Positions 9,799 to 19,283 of a stretch of DNA of 64,000 nucleotides are shown in pieces. The stretch comes from Gammaproteobacteria bacterium (GTDB lineage: Bacteria; Pseudomonadota; Gammaproteobacteria; Pseudomonadales; Balneatricaceae). Under the pieces are notes generated by a model. That model saw only the letters and a list, made by a program, of their open reading frames with translations, did no database searches and was not told the origin of the DNA. The DNA lies in contig JAWUWK010000028.1 in assembly GCA_034111875.1 (NCBI GenBank), forward strand, positions 4,707 through 68,706, in the 5' to 3' direction. Both the position numbers and the translations under genes were made by a program. The stretch's first letter is position 1. Every line of letters starts with the position of its first letter.

Positions 9799-10764
9799 TT
9801 GAAAACTGACCATTGGCAACCGTCCGCAACGATTGAAACACTCAAGAAGCGCGCTGCAATGTTGGCCTTAATACGACAATTTTTTGCACAAAGAGAAGTC
9901 TTTGAAGTGGATGTGGCGGTGTTATCCGCTAACGCTGTAAGTGATCCGTATATCGATTCGATGGCGGTTAGCTATCGACATTTTCCAGAGGATTCACTCC
10001 AAGAATATTATTTGCAATCTTCACCAGAATATGCCATGAAACGTTTGCTAGCGGCGAATAGTGGGTGTATCTATCAGATGTCCAAGGTCTTTCGCAACGG
10101 TGAAATAGGGCGTAAACACAATCCTGAATTCACCATGCTAGAGTGGTATAGGCTGGGGTTTGATGAGCAAGAATTAATGTGTGAAGTCGCCGAATTAATC
10201 ACCCTTTGTTGCGGAATTAGCCACTTTAACCACTTTAGTTATCAACAGCTGTTTGAACAGTTTTTAGCTGTTGATATCTATCGAGCTACTGATGCTGAGC
10301 TCGGCATAATAATGAACAGTTATGTGGAAGTAAAAGGTATTCAAGATCGCGACACTTGGCTAAATATGTTGATGTCTCACTGTATCGAGCCACAGCTCAT
10401 GGGCGCAGTATTTGTCTATGATTATCCGGCGAGTCAATCCGCTTTAGCCCGCTTGAAAGCGGATCAAAATGGGCGCCAAGTAGCGGCCAGATTCGAGTTA
10501 TTTATTGACGGTATAGAGCTGGCGAATGGCTATCACGAACTAACAGATGCGGACCAGCAAAAAAAGCGTTTAGAGGCAGATCAGCAGCAGCGAAAAATAC
10601 TTAATTTGCCCCAGAGGCCACTAGAGACCAGGCTTGTTAGTGCGTTGCAACAAGGGCTGCCTGATTGCGCAGGAGTTGCATTAGGAGTAGATCGTCTGAT
10701 GATGCTGGCGCTAAAAAAAGACAGTATTAACGAGGTGTTAGCCTTCGATTTTTCAAGAGCTTAG
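9799..10764 (+). CDS. epmA: EF-P--(R)-beta-lysine ligase EpmA (PoxA/GenX)
   Basis: 321 aa, a truncated class II LysRS-like protein (FRNGE.GRKHNPEFTMLEWY...GVALGVDRLMML). The start is a TTG at 9799. Confidence 0.9.
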   Translation: MKTDHWQPSATIETLKKRAAMLALIRQFFAQREVFEVDVAVLSANAVSDPYIDSMAVSYRHFPEDSLQEYYLQSSPEYAMKRLLAANSGCIYQMSKVFRNGEIGRKHNPEFTMLEWYRLGFDEQELMCEVAELITLCCGISHFNHFSYQQLFEQFLAVDIYRATDAELGIIMNSYVEVKGIQDRDTWLNMLMSHCIEPQLMGAVFVYDYPASQSALARLKADQNGRQVAARFELFIDGIELANGYHELTDADQQKKRLEADQQQRKILNLPQRPLETRLVSALQQGLPDCAGVALGVDRLMMLALKKDSINEVLAFDFSRA

Positions 10765-11050
10765 GCCGTGGGTCTGGGAGTATTGATACTAAATTTCTTT
10801 TACTCAAACGCGTTGGTTTTAGCTTAACTGTGCTAGCTTGATTTACTCAGGCGTTTCGGCTGCTGAGTAATTACTTGTCGCTCTAAGCCAAACGTTAGTC
10901 GGCGCTGTTTCGTTGATGCGTCTGTAAAGATGTTTATCTTCACACTAACTTGCCGCCAATTGAGATAGTACTGCACAATGATGCAGCACCCTAGTTAATT
11001 AATAGCGATCCAGTTAAACTCTAGGTCTGATAATCGAGTGGGTTCTAATA

Positions 11051-12004
11051 ATGCAATCTGAGCAACACCTTAGGCATCAATATCTCGAAGTTCTGGGCAT
11101 CAGTAGTTGGCTGCCTAGAGGTGTGTTACCGGGCGCTGCCAAATCAGACGCTTGGGTAGCCGAATTTGTTTACACAGATGCTGAAGTTCAAGAGCCTATC
11201 AATACTTTACCCCTGACATCAGAAAAGCCTCTAGGCGGTCGTCAGAGCAAGGTCACTGCTGGTCTTTCAGACAACGCATCAGGGGAGCGGCCTAAAAGGC
11301 TACCTGCCTCTACACAAGATTCTATGGCGGTCTCTCTAGCAGCTTCTGAAAATAGACATAACGCGGTTCATCTTGCTCTAGAAACGCTTTCGCATTTGCC
11401 TGCAGTAACACCCGTGAAGCCGGCAGTAAAATCCTTTGAGCAGGATAGCCAAGGCAGTGATACTTTGTCGAGTACGGTTATTCCTGGGTATACCCCATCT
11501 GCGCAGCGCAGCCTTAAAAAGGCACCCATCATGCGTTTAATGTTTTGGCAGTATCAAGATATTTTAGTGATAGATTCTTTGCCAACACAAACTAGAGGCA
11601 CTTTATCCTCGCCAAAATATGAACAGTTGATAACTAACATGCTACTGGCGATGCAGCTAGATGCACAGAGAATCGATGCACAGAGTCAGCCTTATGTTCT
11701 CAATTGGCCAACCTTAGCCGGTATCAGTATTGACCAAGGTTGGGAGCAAGCAGTTTCGGCTGTGCAGCATAAAGTAGCCAAAATTTTAAAGATTAGTCGC
11801 CCTAAAATTGTGCTGATGCTGGGTGAACCCGCCGCACAAATGGTCATGGGTTTAGAAGACGATTTTGACGCAATGTGCGGTATTGTCTTCAATTTCCGCT
11901 CAGATATTAAATCCATGACTACTTACAGTTTAACCGAGATGTTGAATATCCCAGGGTGTAAGCGTGACGTCTGGATGGATTTACAAAAAATAATGCAATC
12001 TTAG
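11051..12004 (+). CDS. holD: Probable long-form DNA polymerase III psi subunit (HolD-like)
   Basis: Sits immediately upstream of rimI, the canonical holD position. The N-terminal 'YLEVLGISSWLPR' resembles E. coli psi 'QLQQLGITQWSLRRP'. The C-terminal ~150 aa look globular and are separated from the N-terminus by a low-complexity Ser/Ala/Pro linker. Long psi subunits are known from pseudomonads. Confidence 0.5.
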   Translation: MQSEQHLRHQYLEVLGISSWLPRGVLPGAAKSDAWVAEFVYTDAEVQEPINTLPLTSEKPLGGRQSKVTAGLSDNASGERPKRLPASTQDSMAVSLAASENRHNAVHLALETLSHLPAVTPVKPAVKSFEQDSQGSDTLSSTVIPGYTPSAQRSLKKAPIMRLMFWQYQDILVIDSLPTQTRGTLSSPKYEQLITNMLLAMQLDAQRIDAQSQPYVLNWPTLAGISIDQGWEQAVSAVQHKVAKILKISRPKIVLMLGEPAAQMVMGLEDDFDAMCGIVFNFRSDIKSMTTYSLTEMLNIPGCKRDVWMDLQKIMQS

Positions 12005-12012
12005 GGTGTTCC

Positions 12013-12525
12013 ATGAAAAAGGTGCAATTACTCGCAAATCAGACCACTGCAAATGTGATGACCCAGTTGTGCCAATTACAGTTTTTGTGTTTTCAGCCCC
12101 CGTGGTCTGCCAATCAAATACAGCGACAGTTAGAAAATCTGCGCGGTCAAAACTATCTGTTACTAAGCGGCCAAAAAGTCCTAGGTTATATCTTTTATCA
12201 GGTGCTGTTTGAGCAAGTTGAGTTGTTACAAATAGGCATAGATCCTAAACAGCAGCGATTAGGCCATGCTAGGGTTCTGCTACAGCAGTCAATACACTCT
12301 ATTCAACAGACAGTGCCCGGCGTCGAAACATTGTTGCTAGAAGTGCGTGCCTCCAACAGCCAGGCCATTGCGCTCTATGAAACGTTTGGTTTTAGCTTAG
12401 ACGGAGAGCGACGCAATTATTATCCGAGTCAGGTCCGCAGTGCCAGCAAAAATGCCGCTAGGGAGAATGCGCAGCTTTATAGCTTGAACATTAAACAAAA
12501 ATGTCCGTCTATTGATAAGCTGTGA
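12013..12525 (+). CDS. rimI: Ribosomal-protein-alanine N-acetyltransferase
   Basis: 170 aa with a GNAT fold signature (QQRLGHARVLL...LEVRASNSQAIALYETFGF). Synteny is holD-rimI. Confidence 0.85.
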   Translation: MKKVQLLANQTTANVMTQLCQLQFLCFQPPWSANQIQRQLENLRGQNYLLLSGQKVLGYIFYQVLFEQVELLQIGIDPKQQRLGHARVLLQQSIHSIQQTVPGVETLLLEVRASNSQAIALYETFGFSLDGERRNYYPSQVRSASKNAARENAQLYSLNIKQKCPSIDKL

Positions 12526-12891
12526 TCATTTTAATTAGATTTTTGCGGTCGATTTTTACGCTGTTTTACCCTCCCTCTCTAGGCTAGCGCGTATTTTCAA
12601 CACGTGGATTTTGGTGCCCCTAAAAATTAGATTTTTCGAAGTGGATTAGCGTTAAGTCCAACACGTTCCTAGGTTACGAATTCAATATTCTCTGCCTCTG
12701 GTTGAATTGCATATTCATAAATTGAAAATCACTTGCGCTAAAAACGCTAGTATTCACTCACTACTAAGATACACGGTTGTGTATTGTGTTTTTATCAGTG
12801 AAAATAGAACGCATTAAATATGCCTCGTTTCTCGATCATTAGTCTGGCGACGCCATTTGGGCATTTACCTTAATTTAGAAGATACTTAACC

Positions 12892-14478
12892 ATGTCGAAT
12901 ACCGCTACTGCGCTGCAAGTTGCCAAGCGTAGAACCTTTGCTATCATCTCCCACCCCGATGCCGGAAAAACCACCATTACAGAAAAACTATTACTCTTGG
13001 GTAACCTGATCCAAAAAGCGGGGACGGTCAAAGGTAAAAAAAGTGATAGACACGCGACCTCCGATTGGATGACGATGGAGCAAGATCGTGGAATCTCCAT
13101 TACCTCATCGGTTATGCAATTTCACTGGAATGACAAAGTCGTTAATCTCCTTGATACGCCCGGCCATGAAGATTTTTCTGAAGATACTTATCGAACTTTG
13201 ACAGCGGTAGACAGTGCGTTAATGGTGGTTGATGGGGCTAAAGGTGTTGAAGCTAGAACCATTAAACTGATGGAAGTTTGTCGTTTGCGCGATACCCCTA
13301 TCTTCTCTTTCGTGAATAAAATGGACCGTAATATTCGCGACCCTATAGAGCTGCTCGACGAGATAGAAAGTGTCTTAAAAATAGCCGCAGCACCGATTAA
13401 CTGGCCGATAGGTATGAGTAGTTTCTTCAAGGGAATCTACAATTTAGTCGAAGATGAAATCCATGTCTATACTCCAGGTAGAGGCGCTGTATTAGCCGAA
13501 GATATTAGAATTAAAGGGTTGGATTCAACGGAAGCAAAAGCGCTTTTAGGTGACCTTTATGATGACTTTGTGGATGAGATTGAGTTGGTAAGAGGCGCGA
13601 CCAATACATTTGATCGCGAATTATTCCTAGCGGGAGAGCTGACACCGGTTTTCTTCGGTACCGCTCTGGGAAATTTCGGCGTAAAAGAAATGCTTGACGG
13701 TTATACCGACTTTGCGCCTAAGCCTATTGCCCGCTCGGCAGTGAGCCGTATTGTTAACTCTGATGAAACTAAATTCTCAGGTTTTATTTTTAAAATTCAA
13801 GCCAATATGGATCCTAAACACCGTGACCGTATTGCCTTTATGCGGATCTGTTCCGGTAACTATAGTAAAGGCATGAAAATGCGCCACTGTCGAATCAAAA
13901 AAGATGTCAAAATAGCCGATGCGGTTACTTTCTTAGCCGGTGACCGCGAAAGTGTAGAACAGGCCTGGTCAGGAGATATTATTGGTCTGCATAACCACGG
14001 CACTATTCAAATAGGCGATACCTTTAGTGAAGGTGAAGAACTTAAATTCACCGGTATTCCGCACTTTGCCCCCGAGTTATTCAAACGTGTGCGCTCTGTT
14101 GATCCTTTAAAAGCTAAGCAACTACGTAAAGGTTTACAGCAACTGGCAGAAGAGGGCGCAGTTCAGCTGTTTATGCCTAATAAAAATAATGATTTAGTCT
14201 TAGGCGCGGTGGGTATTTTACAGTTTGAAGTGGTTATGTTTCGTCTAAAAGATGAATACAAAGTGGACTGCCTTTACGAAACTGTCGGTGTCCAAACCGC
14301 CCGTTGGATCGAATGTGATGATAGCAAAATGATTGAAGAGCTGAATCGCAAAGCGGCTGACAACTTAGCCATCGATGGGGGTGGGCTCCTGACCTATTTA
14401 GCGCCGACGAGAGTTAATTTGAGTTTGACCCAAGAGCGTTGGCCTAAAGTGCAGTTTAGAGCAACTAGAGAGCACTAA
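12892..14478 (+). CDS. prfC: Peptide chain release factor 3
   Basis: 528 aa with GTPase motifs [14 protein letters not shown] and NKMD. Collinear with E. coli RF3. Confidence 0.97.
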   Translation: MSNTATALQVAKRRTFAIISHPDAGKTTITEKLLLLGNLIQKAGTVKGKKSDRHATSDWMTMEQDRGISITSSVMQFHWNDKVVNLLDTPGHEDFSEDTYRTLTAVDSALMVVDGAKGVEARTIKLMEVCRLRDTPIFSFVNKMDRNIRDPIELLDEIESVLKIAAAPINWPIGMSSFFKGIYNLVEDEIHVYTPGRGAVLAEDIRIKGLDSTEAKALLGDLYDDFVDEIELVRGATNTFDRELFLAGELTPVFFGTALGNFGVKEMLDGYTDFAPKPIARSAVSRIVNSDETKFSGFIFKIQANMDPKHRDRIAFMRICSGNYSKGMKMRHCRIKKDVKIADAVTFLAGDRESVEQAWSGDIIGLHNHGTIQIGDTFSEGEELKFTGIPHFAPELFKRVRSVDPLKAKQLRKGLQQLAEEGAVQLFMPNKNNDLVLGAVGILQFEVVMFRLKDEYKVDCLYETVGVQTARWIECDDSKMIEELNRKAADNLAIDGGGLLTYLAPTRVNLSLTQERWPKVQFRATREH

Positions 14479-14512
14479 TATCCGCCGAGAGCCTGTATAT
14501 TGCCTGATGATC

Positions 14513-14537
14513 AAGGCCGCTTTTTAGTGGCCTTTTC
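14513..14537 (+). terminator. Possible rho-independent terminator after prfC
   Basis: aaggcc(14513-14518)/ggcctt(14529-14534) form a stem with a 10-nt loop, followed by ttc. The T-tract is weak. Confidence 0.4.
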
Positions 14538-14595
14538 TATGTCGCTAACAGAATTTTATTAGGATACTACTCAGTGAACAAAGTTGGAGGTAACA

Positions 14596-15396
14596 ATGTC
14601 GTTTATTGATAGCCACTGTCATCTAGATTTTTCACCGTTATCTGAGCAATTAGATCAGGTGCTAATGCGCGCTGAGCAACAGGGCGTTAAGGAATTCGTT
14701 GTGCCTAGCGTCAGCATAGCCAATATACCCGGCGTTATTGAGCTGGCTAAACAGTTTCGACAAGTGCATATCGCACTGGGCTTACATCCTTGTTTTATGC
14801 ACTTACATCAACCTTTAGATATCGATTTATTAGCGGACTATGTGGCGTCAGCGAGGCCCTGTGCGATTGGTGAGATTGGCTTAGATTTTTTTATCACTTC
14901 AGATGTAAGCCAAAGGCAGCGGCAATTGCAACTGGCCGAGCAACAGCTAGCGTTAGCCCAGCAGTTTAATCTTCCTGTGATTGTGCATGTACGCAAAGCA
15001 CATGATCAGCTATTGATGTTACTGAAAAAGCTCAAGTTTATTCAAGGTGGTATCGTCCATGCTTACAGTGGTAGCGCTGAACAAGCACAACGTTATATAA
15101 ATGAGTTCGGTTTTAAGTTAGGTTTTGGTGGGACTGTTACATATCAACGGTCGACTAAAATCAGGCAGTTGGCTAGCCAGTTACCTTTGTGGAGTCTTGT
15201 ATTAGAAACAGATGCGCCCGACATGCCATTGTTTAATATGCAATTAACGGTGAATCAGCCCGCAAATATCAGGCACATAGCCGAGGTCGTATGCGAATTG
15301 CGGCATGAATCCAGTGGGGAAATCGAACGTCAAATTAAAAAAAATACTCTAGAGTGCTTAAAATTGAGAGCCTCAGGAAATTATTTGTTACGGTAA
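14596..15396 (+). CDS. yjjV: TatD-family metal-dependent hydrolase (YjjV-like)
   Basis: Has the FIDSHCHLDF motif plus later His/Asp ligands (HVRKAH, VHAYSG, ETDAP). The ATG at 14596 is preceded by GGAGG (14586-14590), so I prefer it to the track start at 14584. The position downstream of prfC parallels E. coli yjjV. Confidence 0.85.
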   Translation: MSFIDSHCHLDFSPLSEQLDQVLMRAEQQGVKEFVVPSVSIANIPGVIELAKQFRQVHIALGLHPCFMHLHQPLDIDLLADYVASARPCAIGEIGLDFFITSDVSQRQRQLQLAEQQLALAQQFNLPVIVHVRKAHDQLLMLLKKLKFIQGGIVHAYSGSAEQAQRYINEFGFKLGFGGTVTYQRSTKIRQLASQLPLWSLVLETDAPDMPLFNMQLTVNQPANIRHIAEVVCELRHESSGEIERQIKKNTLECLKLRASGNYLLR

Positions 15397-15830
15397 TTGA
15401 GCTCGTCAACTTTCTCCAGTACATCCCAGACAGTATCCGTCTGTTGGTTTATAGGCAGTTGGTAACGGGCGTTTCCGAGCGGTGTTGCTTGATAATCTAG
15501 GTTCTTACCTGAGATTAAAATATTCATTAGACTGGCTAACCGGTTTGGTTCTCTTATTTGCTGTTGATAAATATTTTCAATAACTTTAACTTCGTGAAGA
15601 TAGAAGTTAGTTGGTATAATGCTCAGGCAACTACTCGCAATTTTTGCATCATTATAGCCTTTGCAATAAGCGCCAGTCTGGGCGTTCAACAGGTAAAAAT
15701 CATAGCTGTTCGAGTTATTCACCAGGCTTGGAGTACTGCAAGCACTGAATAATATACAGCTGAAAATGATGGTGGGTCTTATAAAAAAATTCAGTTTCAA
15801 GAGGTGGGTTTTTGCTAATATTAATGTCAT
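15381..15830 (-). CDS. Hypothetical lipoprotein, probably co-transcribed with fabY
   Basis: 149 aa with lipobox ILFSA|C and AT-rich coding sequence. It starts 21 nt after the fabY stop on the same strand. Its 3' end overlaps the yjjV 3' end by 16 nt. Confidence 0.55.
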   Translation of the reverse strand: MTLILAKTHLLKLNFFIRPTIIFSCILFSACSTPSLVNNSNSYDFYLLNAQTGAYCKGYNDAKIASSCLSIIPTNFYLHEVKVIENIYQQQIREPNRLASLMNILISGKNLDYQATPLGNARYQLPINQQTDTVWDVLEKVDELNYRNK

Positions 15831-15851
15831 TGTATTTATCCTATACTGCGA

Positions 15852-17771
15852 CTAGGCTTTGAAGTAGTCATCAAAAGGGTGAGATTTGTCAATGTCAATT
15901 GACTGCTTATATCCGGGGATTTTTACTTCAGCCGGACTGATCACGAGGTCGTCTCCTGCCAGTACGTTGTGATTAAACTTGTAACTAGGCAAGGCTTCCC
16001 CGCGCATAGCACTGACATCATAAGCCTGCGCTTTTGCTACCACGGGTTTGTTGGCTTCTTGCCAGCTGGCGATTTTTTCAGCACCGTGTTTGTACAGCAG
16101 CATATCTCTGACGATATGCGGGGCTAAGATAGGGGCGCTAGCATTGTTGCCGCCAAATCCTTTAGAGTTGAGAATCACAGAGTCCATCCCAGTGGTGCCG
16201 ACCTTAAGGTGCTCTGTAGAGAGTAATAAATTACTTTGATGTATATCATCAGCAAAACGTTTGCTGGTGGCTATGCCTGGGATATAGCCATAAACCCAAG
16301 TGCCTAATGAACTACAAAGTTGATCGCCGCCAGCGGTGCCTTGGGAGTGACCTAAATAGCATTTAACAGCCGCCACGGGCCATTGTGTGATATCAAAAGC
16401 TTTGGCCACTTGATTAATAACATGTGACTCAGTTACACGGTTTTGTGGGGTGCTGGTGCCATGTGCTTGGACAAAAGATCGTTGTTGTAATGACTCTTTT
16501 CCTAGCATGCTGCTAATCAGAGCAGCGGATTTGCTCAAGGTGAGGTAGTTGCCGATGCCCGGAGCCGAAATGGATTTTTTGTGGCCGTCAGCATTGACAA
16601 AAACATCGGGTATGGCACCATGGATTTGTGCGCCCAAGGTTAAGGCCAGTTCATCGCTCATAAGTAAAACAAATTGACTAGATTCAGCAATAGTGAAGCC
16701 ACAGTTTTCAGCAAAAGGACGACATGGACTGCGATAGTGGTGCTCGCTTAATTGATCTACATTATTTAGCGCGAGGAGATCTTTTTCTTCAGCTAGGGCG
16801 CCCATGGTGCGAAAGCCTTCAATGATCTCAGGTGTTATTGGCGCATCGCTGCCACCGACTAGAACCACTTTTTTACGGCCATCGCGAATGTCTTGCACGC
16901 CATTGCGTAAATTGTAGAGGAAGGTCGCACAGGCACCGAGAGAGCCTCCTGTGCTGCCAACATTACCTATGACATAAGCGTTGACAAAGTCTGCAGGCAT
17001 TTGCGCATAACCGAGTGGTATTTGTTTGGAGGTGATGCGCTTACCAATACTTGGGTATTTTGTTAAGCCGCCAAAGCCCAGATCATCTAGTTGGCCAATA
17101 GAGTTGCTCGCGTAAACAGCAATGTCGTCGGGAGACACGGCATCGGCAATAATATCAAAATCTATCCCTGAGGAGTTGATGGCGTCAGAGGCCGCGTATA
17201 TCGTCATTTGCAAATTACGCGGATGATTGCGTGATTGATAAAGTTTTCCCGGCTCAAAACCTGTCGGCAGTTGCCCTGCAGTTTTCACGCTAGCTTCTTT
17301 TGTGTCTGGAAAGATAATAGGTAATTCGCCAACAACGGATACTTTAAAAGTGTTAGGGGTTAATTCAGTGACTGTCCAGTTGTCTGGAATTACATTCGGT
17401 AGTTGGCGTTTGCTTAAGTTGAAGCAGATAGGTTCAGCGCTTTGTAGTTTGACGGCTTTATTAAACACCATAGCATTGACATCGAAGTGTTGAGCGTCAA
17501 TTTTGCGGATCAGAGAGTTCTCTAGTACTTGAGCACTGATAGTCTTTACTAGGCTGTCTAGGCAAGTAAATTCGCCTTCAGCGGTTGTGTATTTGTCCTC
17601 TCCAGCAGTGCAGGTAACTAATTTACTGATGGTAGCCAAAGAGAGGATAGTGGCGGCGCGTTCACAAGCGCTGAGTTTATCAATAATTAAGCGACGATAA
17701 CTATGATGAAAGGAGCTTCTTCCAGCTGGATTTATACCTCCAAATCCAACAATAACCGGTAGGTGTGACAA
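15852..17771 (-). CDS. fabY: FabY-class beta-ketoacyl-ACP synthase (KAS I/II fold, about 640 aa)
   Basis: 639 aa. The N-terminus MSHLPVIVGFGGINPAGRSSFHHSYRR resembles P. aeruginosa PA5174 (FabY). It carries a Cys-His-His triad context (GACATF...; AHGTSTPQN; YLGHSQG) and the KGFGGNNAS motif. Confidence 0.75.
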   Translation of the reverse strand: MSHLPVIVGFGGINPAGRSSFHHSYRRLIIDKLSACERAATILSLATISKLVTCTAGEDKYTTAEGEFTCLDSLVKTISAQVLENSLIRKIDAQHFDVNAMVFNKAVKLQSAEPICFNLSKRQLPNVIPDNWTVTELTPNTFKVSVVGELPIIFPDTKEASVKTAGQLPTGFEPGKLYQSRNHPRNLQMTIYAASDAINSSGIDFDIIADAVSPDDIAVYASNSIGQLDDLGFGGLTKYPSIGKRITSKQIPLGYAQMPADFVNAYVIGNVGSTGGSLGACATFLYNLRNGVQDIRDGRKKVVLVGGSDAPITPEIIEGFRTMGALAEEKDLLALNNVDQLSEHHYRSPCRPFAENCGFTIAESSQFVLLMSDELALTLGAQIHGAIPDVFVNADGHKKSISAPGIGNYLTLSKSAALISSMLGKESLQQRSFVQAHGTSTPQNRVTESHVINQVAKAFDITQWPVAAVKCYLGHSQGTAGGDQLCSSLGTWVYGYIPGIATSKRFADDIHQSNLLLSTEHLKVGTTGMDSVILNSKGFGGNNASAPILAPHIVRDMLLYKHGAEKIASWQEANKPVVAKAQAYDVSAMRGEALPSYKFNHNVLAGDDLVISPAEVKIPGYKQSIDIDKSHPFDDYFKA

Positions 17772-18249
17772 ATAGAGCTCCTTAAAAGAACTTAAAATAA
17801 TAGTGCGAGACTTCAGCTTAACTATTAGATTTGTAAATACGATGTTAAAAACAAACTTATAATGCCAATTTACTGACGTAAACCCCGCTTTTTCGCTTGT
17901 TTTTGCTTAGTCATTACTTAACTTATAACGCTATGCAGGGGTGTCAGTACGGCAATAGTATTCGCCTAAAGCTGCAAATCAACCTAAGCCAGAAGCTTGA
18001 AATATCGACGAAAGCTGATTTAGCTTTAAACGTGAAGACGATTTTAAGGCGTATTCTAGCGATTGCCAATAGAACTCGCTAGGCATTTATGAGCATTTTT
18101 AATTAATTCGCCGCTTTAGTAGAGTAAGAGTGCTTGATAATGTTGTGTTCATATAACTAATCTAACTTGTGACAAGCATTGTGTTATAGAATCCAGCTAT
18201 TTGTTGTATAGTTGACGCTTGCCTGAATAAAATAAACAAGGATCTATTT

Positions 18250-18909
18250 ATGCGTAAAAAATTAGCCACAATTTTACTGCCGGTTGTCTTCTTGACGGGC
18301 TGTGCTAACACCCAAGGTGAAAATGGCAATGCCAGCTATGGTGCTATTGGTGGAGCATTGGTCGGTGCATTACTGGGAAGTCAGCTCGACGATGATGGTA
18401 ACCGTGACAAAGGTATCATTGTCGGTGCCTTGGCCGGCGCTGCTGCCGGTGGCGCTATCGGTAATTATATGGATCGTCAAGAGGCGGCCATGCGTGCTCA
18501 ATTAGAAGATGAGAGACGTCGTAATGCCATAGAAATAGAGCGTATTAAAGATGATACCCTGCGTTTGGTGCTAAACGATGATGTTTCTTTTGATTTTAAT
18601 TCTGATAAGGTAAAACCTTCGTTTCATGCCTCTCTAAAAAAGGTCAATCAAGTATTGGCCCATTACAATAGCTCAAATATTACCATTGTAGGGCATACCG
18701 ATTCTAAAGGTTCTGAAAGTTACAACCAAGGTTTGTCAGAGCGACGAGCTGAGTCTGTGAAAAGGTACTTATCAACCGGTGGGGTCAACGGATCTCGTTT
18801 AAGCACAGCCGGTTATGGTGAGTTACAGCCAAGAGATAGCAACGATACCAGTAATGGTCGCAGCCGAAACAGGCGTGTTGAATTGCTTGTCCAAGGTGTC
18901 GGCAGCTAG
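18250..18909 (+). CDS. yiaD: OmpA-family lipoprotein with a glycine-zipper N-region (YiaD-like)
   Basis: 219 aa, the same length as E. coli YiaD. It has lipobox FLTG|C, the Gly-rich GAIGGALVGALLGS...GALAGAAAGGAIGNYMD segment and the OmpA_C motifs (GHTDS.GS..YN..LS.RRA..V...L; NRRVEL). Confidence 0.75.
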   Translation: MRKKLATILLPVVFLTGCANTQGENGNASYGAIGGALVGALLGSQLDDDGNRDKGIIVGALAGAAAGGAIGNYMDRQEAAMRAQLEDERRRNAIEIERIKDDTLRLVLNDDVSFDFNSDKVKPSFHASLKKVNQVLAHYNSSNITIVGHTDSKGSESYNQGLSERRAESVKRYLSTGGVNGSRLSTAGYGELQPRDSNDTSNGRSRNRRVELLVQGVGS

Positions 18910-18924
18910 CCGTTATGAACGCCT

Positions 18925-18954
18925 AAAAAAGCCAGCGACTTCGCTGGCTTTTTT
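18925..18954. terminator. Bidirectional rho-independent terminator
   Basis: The sequence is aaaaaa-gccagcg-actt-cgctggc-tttttt: a 7-bp GC-rich stem flanked by an A6 run and a T6 run. It lies directly after the yiaD stop. Confidence 0.85.
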
Positions 18955-19019
18955 GTGTCTGCTAGTGGGTAGATTAAGAGGTAGCTGTTTTTTTTTAAAA
19001 AACAGCGTCGACAGCACTG

Positions 19020-19283
19020 CTAGTGCGAGATCAGTATATATCCAATATGAATGTTACTGTGACCGGCAAAATCCTTTAGCCTGCCTGTGCAGAACTTCCC
19101 CATACTCTGCTACTTATTATAGTAAACGAAGTCTAGCATCATGTTAGGTTAGACTCTTGTTCGCAATCGCAACAGCGAGATTTGCTATACACTTAACATT
19201 TATCGCCGGTATTTATCACGCTCGGTCGACTGGTATTGAGCAAAGCTGTCGTTTTGTGTGTGCGTGTTATCTCCCCAGCCACG
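19020..19283 (-). pseudogene. Decayed tandem copy of the last 88 codons of the flgT-like gene
   Basis: Starts with cta gtg cga gat cag, compared with cta gtg tga gat cag at 19284. 50 of the first 60 nt are identical by hand alignment. The period is exactly 264 bp. A 1-nt deletion relative to the intact copy creates an in-frame stop (cta at 19110-19112). Confidence 0.8.

Noticed and set aside
12006-12212. 68-aa ORF overlapping the start of rimI in another frame.
   Set aside because: The rimI frame has clear GNAT homology. The alternative frame is Cys/Val-rich nonsense.
17897-18082. 61-aa plus-strand ORF in the fabY-yiaD spacer.
   Set aside because: It has a non-ATG start, no ribosome-binding site and no recognisable features. 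I treat it as non-coding spacer.
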